DNA of 44,820 nt. Origin: Catajapyx aquilonaris. Lineage: Eukaryota. The position numbers were made by a program, and so were the translations under genes. The notes under the pieces are model-generated. The model made no database searches and had not been told where the DNA came from. It saw nothing but the letters and a program-made list of their open reading frames with translations. Shown here piece after piece: positions 1-12,969 of this stretch; the stretch's first letter is position 1; the number at the start of each line of letters is the position of its first letter. The DNA lies in NCBI GenBank assembly GCA_000934665.2, contig KZ538179.1, positions 62,001 through 106,820 on the forward strand, written 5' to 3'.

Positions 1-2073
1 AAGACACACAAGAATGGGCTGCCTTGAAGTAGTGGGCCCCATTCAATTGTGTAGAATTCTCGTTCCATAGTTTACACTCAGCGTGAGTTTTCTGAAGAGC
101 GAGAGGCAAGTTTGTGATCCCTGACAAAAGCATAGAAACCATTCAAGATTCACTCTACTAACATGTCACACATCCCAATTGCACTGGTACACAACAATTT
201 GGAAAGATTATTTTTATCCGTCTTTATGGCATTATGCAGTTTCTGCGAAGGATCACGTCACTTTAAAGCAAGGTGCACAAAATACTCTCCACAACCAATA
301 AATATAGAGACATGCAGTCACAAAATGGAAAGAAATATCCACAATGTTTCAATCATTATTTTGTTCTTCCCACATATGTTCAATAAATAATTTTTGGGGC
401 TGGTCAGTCCTGAGTTCGCCCCGTTTCATCCAACACAATACTAGGAAATTAATGTTGACACACCCACGGACTAGTAACGATTGGGTACTACGAACAGTAT
501 ACAGAAATGCCCGGAAAATGTGTGCAATAACATCACACGGCAAAGTGCTGGTCAATACACTTGAGTCGCACTTGTTGTGTATCATTGACGGGAATAGAGA
601 TCGATTACAGATGTATTCGATTATGCACAAGTAATTCAGGGTAAATAACGAGATTCCTCTCACAAGCCTGGGCTCCCCAAATATGTAGTGTGCGTAGCAT
701 GGAAAATAAAAAATGCGTACGTAGCTCGCCCACACAACAGCATATTAATTATTGTCATGGAGATGCACAGCATGGACTGTACGAAGGGAGATCATGATGG
801 CTCAAAATACGCCACTGCACTAATTCAAAAGTCACGAACGGAAAGCACCGTAAGTAGATCTGTCTGCTGCACATGGCATGCTGTGCCAAAAGAGTTCGCC
901 CGTCATATTATGCATATTGACTATACTTTTTGGTGTAATGTGGAGTGATGGGAGTGAGAAGCATTGTTTTTGTCTAATCTATAGGATTAGTTATAGGACC
1001 TGATACTGCCAAAAATGTTCCTTTTTTAGATTTATAACGTTTTCGTCTCGTTGCCGAATATTGGCGAGCAGTACATTGTCGCTCTTAAATGGTGGGGTAG
1101 GCGTACGTGCAACGAATGAGATCCATTACACTTTATTGTTCACATGCTTATGGTAACCTTTATGGCGGTGACGGATTGGGGGAGGGGGCGGAACAGTTCA
1201 TCTCTTTTGTTTTCAGGCCAGTCGCGTTATATACGCAAGGGATCTGTCTGCACGGAATACTAATTATAGGATACTGCCATAAATACAAAAACGCAGAAGG
1301 TTTTTTATTGTGCGAGTTTAAGGCCATTCATTGCCTTCTGAAACTCGTGTGTACTACTTTGACATCTTTGGCGTATTTTGGGTGATCGCTTTAGCTTTTG
1401 GGTTTCGTGTCCAAGTGGCATTTTCAATGTTTTTGTAGTTCAAGATCATGCTATGTGTACACTTCCATGACAAAAAAATGCTGTTGCATGGGTGTGGTCT
1501 ATATATCTGCATATAGCCTATATACAATCTTTTATACGGTTGGCGAAGGCTTTTGCTTTTTGGCCACCAATAGTCACATTTTATAGTGAAAAAACCATTC
1601 ACCTTCTTATCTTCTTATTTATCTTAAGGGCCTTCTATAAAAAATTTATTGCAAACTTTCTTAAGCTTGTTGCGAATAGGTGCTGACCTACTAAAACCCT
1701 TGTGCAAACGCTATTAAAATCTACCTTATTCCGCTTTTCCGTACAGATTCAGTGCTAATATTTATTGGGCAACCGTGTCAAGATTGTCTTCGTCGAATAA
1801 ATATTTACAGGATCTGAAGTCCAGGCAAAGAGGTGCTAGCTGTGAGTAAGTGATCAACAACAAAGGGTCTGTCGACAAAGATCATCCTCACACTGTGCTG
1901 GTATACACGGTCACAACTTTTTGATCTTCCTTCGTACATTCAGAAGCATATATACCTCCCCTGTGTGGCCAGTCACCTATTACGATGCGTGGACATCAAA
2001 ATAACAATGGTTATATCCTACAGTTCAACATTCTCTAAAGCATTCATTTTGAAGTGAAGATTTTTGATCCTAC

Positions 2074-5000
2074 CAGGTGGAGCATTCCTCTGTGGTCGTA
2101 AAATTCTGCTACAGGTCGCACGTTCTTCTTGTAGTTCTTCAGTTCCATCCTGGCCAAGTCCAGCACAATAGCCCCCAAATTGGCGCCGTATTCTATTTGC
2201 TTCTCCAGAATTTTTTCGTGCCAGTCTAGTAGGATTACGCCATCCACTCTTTGAAGCTGTCATGGTGAGAGGGCACAAGACATTGTAAGAAAAAACAATC
2301 ACAACGAAACCAATCACAATCTCACGTTACCTTTTCCGAGTATTCCACCACGTCCCTCATGTTTCGAGGATAACCGGATACCACAAATCCTTTCGATGAC
2401 ATCGCCATGTTCATCTCCATCATGAGAACCTCTGAGACTGTCCGGGCTGGTATTTGGGCAAAGTCTCGCAATTCTGTGAAGACAGTGAACGTTTCATTAT
2501 TACTGACAGTTTTTCTCCCAAGGAATTATGGTTCACATGGATCAACCTTATTAATATTATAACGGAACTTCCTTCATTATGGAACATAATTATACACGAT
2601 TGATTTTTAAAATCTCTATAGGGAAAAATGTTTTTTTCTACCTCTCATACTACCGTTTTCTAGAAATATTTTACAAATATCATGAAAATAAGCCCGCGAA
2701 TTAGATGTAAGTGTAATTAGATGCCAGATGTAAGTGTTGGGGAATTGGAGATGGATTTATACAGGGTATTCCCGAATTCGTCTGCCAAAACGATATGGGT
2801 AGTAGGGGAGTTCGTATGGTAAAGGCATGGCATGGGCCCAAAGGCCGACGATGTCGATTGACGATGTGAATTTGACAAGTGTGGATACCCTCGTACTGTA
2901 TACATGCCTGCAATGCTGGTTGCCGGAGTCAGGCGGTTGAGCAATGGTCTGGTAGTGCGAGCGCCTGACCTCGGCAACTAGCGCTGCAGGCATGTACGGG
3001 GGTATCAATATTTGTCAGGATAGCCGTCATCGAGGTCAATGTCGTCGCTGGGCTTTCGGGCCCATGCCATGCTTCTTCCATACGCTACAATTGTGAATAC
3101 AGTATTTTACAATGCGAGGTCAAAGAAATAGAATAATGATTGTCTTGTATTGTACGGAACTATACTTCTAAATAAAGATGTGTCCATGTCCCTACGAAGA
3201 AGTAATGATCCAGTGCTATTATACTGTAGTCCCAGGCTGGCCACCGCCGCATTTTAGGTGTTTGTTGCCAACAATGAATAATGTATCAGCATTGCGTGTC
3301 AGAAAGGCCATCGTGCTTCGGAAGTGGTCTGCAGTTCTGAGTCAAACGACATGAAGTGCTAGTACATGGTACGATGGACACATAAACATCAATTTTTGGA
3401 TAATAAGTAACGACATTGCAATAATTACCGGTGCAGCTAATGAATATTCTATTGTGTCATTTAAGTACTATCATGAAACTTTTATGAGTACCGTATAGGG
3501 CAGTGACTTATTGCTTAGTGAAGTTTCATTTGCAGGCCCACGCCAACAACATCTGATGCTGTCTGCTATGGATTATTTAGGACATTTCCTGTACGAAGTA
3601 GTTGTCGGCAATCATTAAGACTCGGACAATTAATATGCAACACTATAAAGTGGCAGTCCAAGTGTCTGATGTTATATTAATAAAGCTCGTCACATGGGTA
3701 TTTATTTACTTATACAGCCGAGAAATGTCGGAATATTTTATTTCGATTTTAGGTTCTTGCCCCTGAATAAACCCATCACACGACATTCCTCTAGGTCTAG
3801 GTTACGTATCTGTTCGAGACGTCTTAAAAATAAGTCAGTGTCGTGAGAGTGATTCAATCATTACTGAGAGCCAAAATCTTGTCCCTTTCTGCGTGTCATT
3901 TTCTATTTATATTCTGTAATAATAGGACCAATCCGACTTTAGTCACTCCGACATATGTTCCCAAAGCACCCCACTCCCCCAACCCCAAATGAATAAAGCT
4001 TTCTCTGAATCAGTCACAGGTGAAGGTCAAGGTTGTCAACTAGTCAATGGGTAACTTCATTGTGAGGACTATACAATCCCAAATTACCTTCCTTTTAGAT
4101 TGCGAGCCGGGGCAAAGGGGATACGTTGCGGGTGGTATCTTATGAAGATTCCCATATTGGAAGTTATGCCACAATATCACAGGACAGGTCACGATAAGCT
4201 GCGTGTGACGAGGCCCATCTGAATATTTTATGGCGGGAAGGACGAAGGAGAATTCTGAAAAACTCGATAGTGGAGTAAATGCTGCTTCTACAAGGGAGCC
4301 TTGTGCTTTGTCCTTTCATGTCTATAATGATGCAGGTTTTCCTAGAGTTGTTAGTACAGGGCGGCCTATGATTGGGGGTGGCACTGGCTTTCTCGAATAT
4401 TCCATCGACAGGGAAGAAAAATGAGCCCTGTTCAAATTCCAACTCGACGTGATGTATGAAACTGTTTACCAATACGTTCACCTGCCACCTTTTATGAGAT
4501 ATGCACACGACAAGAGGGTTCAACAAACTGATAAGGTCCTTGAAGAGCGCAATGGCTCATTGAAGGTTACTTGATTGTCGTAATTGAATCACTTTTTATA
4601 AGAAGGGAACAAGTCCAATTTAAGGTTTTTGGACTTGTTCCCTTCTTATAAAAAGTGATTCAATTGTGCATATTGGTTATTTATCGTCCGCACTAGGCCA
4701 ATTCTGGACGGGGTTATGATAAAGGCCGCCCAAACCAAACAGGTGCATCTGCATGACTATAAAAATTATGGAAGGAATAAAATTTGAAAAGGGGGCATGA
4801 GACCTTTGGGACCTCGACACTCACTCAATACTAGCCGTCAAATTTGGCAAAAGATGTAGGCCTCTACAGTGTGCTGACCTTGTGATACTTTTACACCGAT
4901 GAGTTTATAAGCCAAAGGACTGCTTTACTATACGGGTACAATGCTGCATTGCAATGTAACGAGTTGCGTGTTCTATCTGGCAGTGAGTTGGGCGGTGCTT

Positions 5001-8000
5001 TACTACTCGTATAATAATCATTTATATTCGATTCGTTTAGGAACCTTAATGGAGTTGGGAGTGGCGGGAAATGTTGGTGTTTCGAACTTGAAGTGGGTTT
5101 TTATCTGGGTCGGGACTGAATTTTCACAGCTGTAGTTAATTGCTTAGGTTTGTGTATTATTATCAGTTATTATCAGTGATAATGATTTAAACTTCCAATG
5201 AAAGAATCATCCTAACTATTCAGAGCCACCCACACGCCTCTCTTGCTCATCGGAAAGTCTCACTTACAGGATAAACACTGTACCACAATAACTTGGGACC
5301 CAGCTTGGGACCGTGTTTAGGACTGCCTGATAGCGAAACATTGCTGGTAAGACTAACCTGAGGGTCTGGTAATATCGTATGAACTGTAACACGGTCAATA
5401 TATACATGCGAAAATCAAGCAATTATTTTGAAAAGTGTCAATGATGAGGCAATATTTTTTCAGATACATTTTGACGAATGAGTTTTCAAAAGTGACGTGA
5501 TAAAGTATGTTTGGATAAATCTATGGGAACTGCATTTTCAATGATTTTTAGCTGCATTTCACAATTTAAACTGCGTCATTTAGACAATAGAAAACTTTAA
5601 CCGCAAGTAAGTGATGCAACTAAATTTTTATCTGGGTCGGTTACTGAGGATGCCGTACTTGTGCGTGACATGATAGAACCCTTCATTACTACTGCAAATA
5701 CATTACCCAAATCGTAATATGTCAACCTTCTAAAACTTTAACACTGCAATGTACACAGTTTATCAAGTATTGTGTAACAGTTGTTTGGTTACAATTTTCC
5801 TTCAGTAAGCTGGAGTTTTCAAAGCTTTCCTAGGAACAATAAATATTTCAGATAAAGTCCTTCGATCGCAACACGTCAAAGCAGCTCCATTTCCTCCAAA
5901 TCAGATATATAGTCTTGTACTGTACATTGCGGCCTGCCAATTGCGCTCAGGCGGTGAGGATAATGCAAGGGTCCCCAGGACAGCTATCAATTTTGAGCAT
6001 GTCCATGCTTAATTTATTGACACAATAGGTCGAAGGTAATGAGCTGACAAAAAAAGATGGACGAATAACGTTAGATGTTTGACATTTTCCTACCGTTTCC
6101 GACGACATGTTGCTGCAGCAGATCCGTCATATTGATGTGAACAAGTCCAGGTCTGTCGTGTACGGCGTGATCACAATGGGTGATTTTCCCACTTCCAGGT
6201 CCGCCTGGAAAAGGAGAAAAAAAATCAAGACGTAGAAACGACTTTATAATTGAGAGAATTGAGGTACCATTTCGTGTGGCGCGTTATGAAAATACAAGTT
6301 GGAGCAATTAGCCGAAATTAATCGGTCCGTCATGAAGTTCACGGCCGCGTTCCCACGATCAACTAGCCAAAGAAATGGGCGCGGATCGAGTAAATTGCGT
6401 CTATAACAAAAGTCTCCTGCTCGAATTATTAATCGATCGCAATTTGGCAAAGTAACGGGGGCAGCCTGATACCAACTGTGACTGCTGGGTTCGATATAGG
6501 CATCCTGTTCTCATATCCGTCCACTCTCCTGTGTTTATTCACAGGGGCTTTTTATTCTAAACTGCGCACAATGTTAATTGCAATGGAGGCCTATTGAAGA
6601 AATATTGATAACTTACTTTACAACTGCGATAGGATATACGTCATTTTGACAGTTTCCGAATCCCATCGCTGAGGAGCTCCATATTATAGCATTCATCTAC
6701 AAATGCATTACCAAGCCTGTGCCTGACACATTGTTTGCTAAGCAGAGAAAAATGCTTCGCGATGGGAGTCCGAATGGAACTAGCAGTTTCTTTTTATAAA
6801 ACAGATTTGTAAGAAAAAAATCACATCGGAATATAAAATTTCGTTGACCTTAATCCAGTGGACGATGACGTTAATAATAATTTGGTTACGTTCCAGGTTT
6901 GGATTGACGGACGTACAAGCTTTTGTGAAATAGGATGAACGAAAGTGACTGATGGTGTCTTCCCCTAACTTTTATTCTGTGGGCTAATTATTGTAATTGT
7001 ACATATCCGTGCCTCTCTCTGGCTAGTCCCAAGGTTGTGTACGTCGTTTCTGATATGTCAGGCACGCTCCATCTCTAGAGTATACATGACATTGAAATGT
7101 TATACGCGGTCATTGTCAGCAGTTTTCCAATACTTTGAATTCCGCATACACTTATCGTATGTTCCACCAACTTGACCAAATTGGCAGTAGTAAAAACCCT
7201 GCGTGTGTGTACTACAATGCGGTACGAAATTTGAGGCGTACGGTACCTATAACAATTTTTTTATATGGATGGAAGCCAATGTGATGTGGTTGTGGTCAGC
7301 ATGCAGGCGGAACCCATTACAAGCTGACAATCATCGACGCCCCAGCGAAGTCACGCAAGGAAAAACCCCTTCTTTCCATTCACCTCGCAAATGCTCCACT
7401 GTTTCTTATACCCTTGTAGATGTGCATTAAAAAGAAGGTGGAAAAAAGAAAGTCTCCTAGGGCCCAACTTCTATAGGATTCATCGACCAGCGTCAATCAA
7501 GTTACACCTGTTCCTAAGCTCACTTTTTCCGTTAACGATTTGCGCGCATAAAAAAGGATCAGTTTTATTGGAGAGCTCTGCACAGTCAGGGGTCTTTCCA
7601 AAACGTTCAGAATTCACAGTCATTTATCATGGTCGCAGAATCTGTTGCTTAAAATTGTGCATTAATCTATATCCGCAAATTGATCGGTATGGTGACCCTT
7701 AAAGGGCGACTTAATATAGTTGTGATTCTCACCTTGCGAGAAAGATATTGGGATGTCGCGCAAATTGGTCACATATACGGTACATTTGCATGCAGGTCTA
7801 TTTCTTGTTCTAGTCCATTTTTAGATACGATACGCTGCGATTGTCGTAAATATCAACTAATCATGATGAATGGACTCTGAACAGCATCGCTTTTGGTCAC
7901 GTAATCAGATACATAAGTTTATATCTTTTCGATTACTTTTATCAGAGTAGAATGGCTCAAAGGTACATAGTGTGACATTCAAGGTCTGATTTTGTCAGCA

Positions 8001-11000
8001 AATGCTTTTATTAGGTCATAAAAACTGACTACGTACTGTATGCAAATACTCATTACGTGATATCGAACGAAAAGCATAATGGTAATTCCCTTACGACCGA
8101 CTCTGGTATTTCTGGCACCAATGTTAAATTACTCGGGAGTTCTCTGGGCCACATTACTCTGACGCTTGATGTGGTAGCAATTGCTTGTTAAGTGGAAAAT
8201 AAGGCACACGCATGGGAACTTGTGCTTAATTCCTATCGGAATATCGACTTGTGAAGTACAGCACTTGTACTGTAAATTGCATGGCCACATATGTAATTAA
8301 AAACATTGCTTTTGCCAATAACAATCGATACTTTGGTCTACACAACAAGTGGACATTTCCTGTGCCATCCATAACATTTCTTGTGTGTATGTGCCATCAG
8401 GTTTGGCAGCGCGTCAGTGCAAAGCGACGTGCAATCCACGACGCATTAATTCATCAACGTCATCTGGGCAATTAATAATCGATTTATGATCGACTCGCAT
8501 CGTGCAAGATATATTTCACAGCCAAGGAATACACTGCTGCCTTGACGCATGTCCTTCCCTGGGCCGTTAATTTGAACTCTGAGGGGCAATGCAAAAATCG
8601 GTAGGTTTCTCGTGGAAACGAGACACAATGCCCATCTGCATTGTGCGTGTCGAGGATGCATCGATTAGATGGAAGATACCAGGGGGGGCAGGGGGCAAGA
8701 TTTATGTACCGTACAATGTGAAAACGTACCTAAGACAAAAATGACTGGGGTCGTCGGGGTTGTGAACTGGATGGCGGACGGAGGAGACATCTGGGCATGT
8801 CCGTTCTGAAGCATGGCCTCCGACGCTGTCACTCCTTTCTCCCACTCGCTTCGGAAGCGGCCTTCTTCGTCCAGGCTCTCTGATACCTTCCGCCCTGGAA
8901 AAGCACACGACAAACACGGTCATCCACTGGAAATGCACTTCCCATCCGGCTGGGGCTTACAATAATTACGCATAGCACACACACTGGAGAGAGGAAATGA
9001 CCAAATATGTTATTTGGGCCTGTTTTATACGTACCATCTTTGCGGCCTTTGGAGGCAAAAAGCAGGGAAATTTTCCTGTATTAATATTTGCAGTATTGGT
9101 TGATGTATGGTCACTCGTGCACATGTATGAATTGTACACCAGTATGACAATCAAGCTTCATTCTCTGCAACAAGTGTGACTGGTGTGTCAAGCTCAAACT
9201 TCATGAACACTGCATTGTTGGTACGAGAGTGATAACTCAAAGCTTGTAATGGTATTCACTTGGTGGGTTACATTCCAGGTGGTTGAATGAAGTTTAGATT
9301 TATTTACTTTAGTGCATATGCCGGTCATATTTTTTGTAAGCATGCATGAATGCACTTGCACTCATTTTAATACCAGTGCGCATTTCATGTGAACAATGTA
9401 CATTAATCAATACACATAAATGCTTTGATGTGCATCAGACAACTTGACATAACTATTTGGAAATACGCCCACCAAATGAATGGCTTGAGTTTTCAGATTG
9501 TCCTGTATTGTACCTCTGCAGTAAGTAATTTTCAACATGCATTTGCATAGTGGTGATTTCTTTTAGAAGGGCTTTTCTGTTACCTTTATGCCGGATTCCA
9601 AAAGGCATTTGTATTTTATAAGGTTACTGTTGCTGCCGAATAGGTCCTATTTCCGGTATTATTGCAATATAAAAAGTTGATTATTATAACTGGTGGAAGT
9701 GATAGACTGCAATTATTATTATTTTATAAGACAATATTGTTAGTTTTTGAATTACTAGAGCTATAGTTATATTGTGACATGGGATCCATCAAAAGTGTTG
9801 TAACGTGTGGCTTATCAGCATTATTTTAGTAAACGTATATTTTACTGATGGCCTCTGACGGGGTAACCGATTATTATAATATTGTTAATGTTCTATTAGT
9901 AATATTCTATTTTGTGTGTATGTACGAGTATTTGCTGGAAAAATATGAGTTCAAAGATCAGTACAAAGATCAGATGGACATTTCGCCGGTATTTCTTTTT
10001 CCTCGGGGAAACCAAGCTACTACTGGCTACTACTATACGAGTATATAAAGATATAATTAATTATCATCTGTTAATGGAAACTTTTATTTATTATCAGGTT
10101 GTGCCCATCGGATCTTACTTATTACGCATTTCGAGCGATGGATATTACCATACAAGCAGGAAGTGACTGCCTAAAAAATTCCTCTATAAAATGTTACATA
10201 ATAAGGTATAGTTCTAACGCAGTTCACACATCTACAAAAGTTTATGTCATCTCTGCCGCAAATGCTTTGCAAATATTTTATAATCACTTGCAAATAATAA
10301 AATAACGCTATTCGACGAAGGATGAATAGTCATTAATAGGATAACGTGGGAGAATCAAATATTCAGAGCAACAGTGCGCAGGAAGTATTGGAAACTTCCA
10401 AACACCAATTGGTCGTTTTTGTATGGTTGATTGCATGCTGCGGGAAAACAATCAAATGTGAAACACGCAAACCCACACCACAATTCAATTACCTCATGGA
10501 AGTACACTCTTATTATACCTGAGTCATAGTATGTACATTTTCTATTCATTTCAGTGGAAAACATAGTGTTTCCGTATTGTAGTCGTGTTAAAATATTCAG
10601 ATAACTATTCTGGGACTATTAAATGTATGATATACATATAGGGTCTAGTTGCAACCCTTTTTGTGTTGAAATTCTTATGGAACAATATTTGCAGAGTTAA
10701 AATACTGCCTTATAATGCCTAGAGCTTTTCATGTAGCCATGAATATTTTCTGTTTGAGTTTCACTATGCCTTTATACTATCAGTTATCAATCAACTTAGA
10801 AATTCTGCACAATTATTAGCGGCCAAGTATAGTAAACGAAACTGTTGTGTGCTCCTATCATTAATGCATGTACCGTACGGCGGTTTTATTAACTCATGTT
10901 CACATCACAAGCGGCAGTAAGTTTCATTGGGGTCAGCAATTAGTGAAATGGGAATATGCAATATTATTGAGGCCGTACCCATGGGTCACGGAAAATGGAG

Positions 11001-12969
11001 CCCATAGGTTTACCACTTTGATGACAAGTTTTATCCCCGCATTTATTTGGTTAATGAAGATCGCATCTTTTGCTAATGTTTGAAGAGTGTGTTCCGCTTT
11101 CAGGCCTTTGAAAGAGCATGCAAAGTTATCAAAATCGACTGCCTTTCATGAATTCAGGAAGTGTCAGTTTTCTCACAAAGCCCAGGACAAGTGCGAGGAT
11201 ATTGCCGGGACCATTAATGGAATACGTCTTCCCTCTATTCTCATCAGTGACGTCTAGGTTGCGTCTAGGCTGGTGTACTTCAAGAAAGTGGTAGGTTAGG
11301 AAGTCAGGGTTGTTCACTCCAGCAAACAGTTTAAATAGAAACAACAATCACTGCAAGTAAAAATGTGGCCCTATACAGGTTGCTGGCCAGCTGTAAACTA
11401 TATTCATAATTTTGCACGCGTTTCTGATGGATCACTGGATTTTTTGGAACCGCATTGCATAGACGACAATACGATGACGAATTTATTAGATGCTCCGCCT
11501 TTTAACCTATCTATAGTTTGTTCATTCAATAGTCAGGGGCACAAAAATGCTGATTTTACCGTTGAATATATGAAGCGTGCAATGATGTATCAGGTCTACA
11601 CTTCCATGTTTGAAAAGCAGACTGTGATTTTTCTATTTAGAATTAACTTACTCAAATTTTCCCTGTAAGTTTTTAAAAGCTGAAATTTATGATAGACCTG
11701 GAGTTTTAATATAATACAATATAATTTACACGGACACCGATATTTCTTTGTAGCTTGAGTATGAGTATGAATCCAAATTAAGGAAAGAATATCCCATTAC
11801 ACTGATGTACTCCGATAATCCGGGGTAATGGCTGCACGTGTCGCCCGACAATCGGAAAGCACTAATAATCGGGAAATGGTCATAGATACTGAAAAAATGG
11901 GCTATTCACAGGTTTTAATGAACTAATGTACACATAATGTATGCTGTTTTAACTGAGGTAGGCTATAATCAAAATACAATTGGTCTTCTAGAAAAAGGCT
12001 GTCGTATTTTCTAGTGTGCGAAACAGACATTTTTTCGGAATTATTCTTATTCTTACTTTCAGGCGATGCACGGATAATCTGCACCCGGATAATCGAGAGC
12101 ACAAGTATAAACTTCAGAATATCAGTGAAATCTGCCACATATTTAACCACTTCAACCACTTGCCCATATTATTAACTCTTAAAATGCAAGTTTCTCATGC
12201 TTTTTTGGCATCAATTAATTTTGTGCGACTTTGGTTGTTCTTATTAAAACAATTTACAACAGTGTAGACCGTGCTAAGTTCCCTGGAGAGTGGGAACGAT
12301 AAAATGATAATGAAGCGATAAACTTGCTGGCGTCCATAGCGACTGTCGCCTATAAATATTAGGTTCCTACCATGTGGACTACTCTATCTCTCAGAAAATC
12401 ATGCACACCTATACTGTGGCATGTACAGTATATACAGGCTCGTACTATACATTAAATGTGCAAGGAGCTACTATTTTGCGGTTGTCCTGAGAGTTTGGAA
12501 TGTTTTATATATTGGACGGCGTTATGGAAATACAGTAACAAGTAGGCCTACCCTATTATGTAAGGGTGCGTAAAGCTACAGTTTTTGTTGTAGGGCCTAG
12601 ATCTTTTCGGACGGACTTGCTGGCTCTTTACTACGCAGGGTAATGCCCCGCAAGTCCACAGTCCAACAATAGAGGCGGGGCCAATAACAAGTTAGAAAGA
12701 GAATCAACCCATTTGCAACAGCATCAGGGCCTCACTTGAAGTAACTTAAAAATTACAATCACATTTTCCGTATTACCCGGTGAAAATTTTGCAGGTAAAA
12801 TTAAATGCTCCAGTGGTTAGCTCATCATTGTTTTCTCAACTTAGATCTTCAAACTAACACCATACTATCTGAACACTTAAGCACTCGTAGAAATGCGTTT
12901 GCCAAGAGAAGCATCACATAAGTGTGGATGTAAAATGATGAACAAACCTTTATTCAGGCAGACGCCCAT
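2074..12969 (-). CDS. Adenylate kinase isoenzyme 5-like protein, 5' part (3' exons not found, probably beyond the left edge)
   Basis: Phase-consistent GT-AG exons 12948-12969 (MGVCLNK), 8730-8894 (GRKVSESL...PVIFVL), 6094-6204 (GGPGSGKITHC...HINMTDLLQQ), 2331-2473 (...KGFVVSGYPRNMRDVVEYSEK) and 2074-2256 (LQRVDGVILLDW...VAEFYDHRGMLHL). VIFVLGGPGSGK P-loop and GYPR motif of the AK family. No stop codon reached in the window. Confidence 0.88.
2813..3084. mobile_element. MITE-like element with about 50-bp imperfect terminal inverted repeats
   Basis: cgtatggtaaaggcatggcatgggcccaaaggcc...attgac at 2813 pairs with gtcaat...ggctttcgggcccatgccatgcttcttccatacg ending at 3084. No TSD recognised. Confidence 0.6.
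4120..4665 (+). mobile_element. Possible decayed Penelope-like retroelement 3' end
   Basis: Frameshifted GIY-YIG-like traces at about 4130-4220, a hammerhead-core-like motif at 4539-4565, then a perfect 37-bp inverted repeat. Degenerate; recognised by pattern only. Confidence 0.35.
4582..4665. repeat. Perfect 37-bp inverted repeat with 10-nt loop
   Basis: aattgaatcactttttataagaagggaacaagtccaa (4582-4618) is the exact reverse complement of 4629-4665. Confidence 0.95.
11803..12107. mobile_element. Degenerate pogo/Tigger-type MITE
   Basis: Left end tgtactccgataatccgg versus right end ccggataatcgagagcacaagta, with an extra subterminal cggataatc copy. Confidence 0.4.

Noticed and set aside
163..2000. 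Short ORFs and a search for the next AK exon
   Set aside because: No recognisable motifs or phase-0 AK-like exon. The region is most likely intronic.
7203..7265. Peptide resemblance between CVLQCGTKFEAYGTYNNFF and CVVVSYGTKLNFNAYATYTFF (about 28366-28430)
   Set aside because: Short, gapped and with weak nucleotide identity. Chance or a very old repeat cannot be distinguished.
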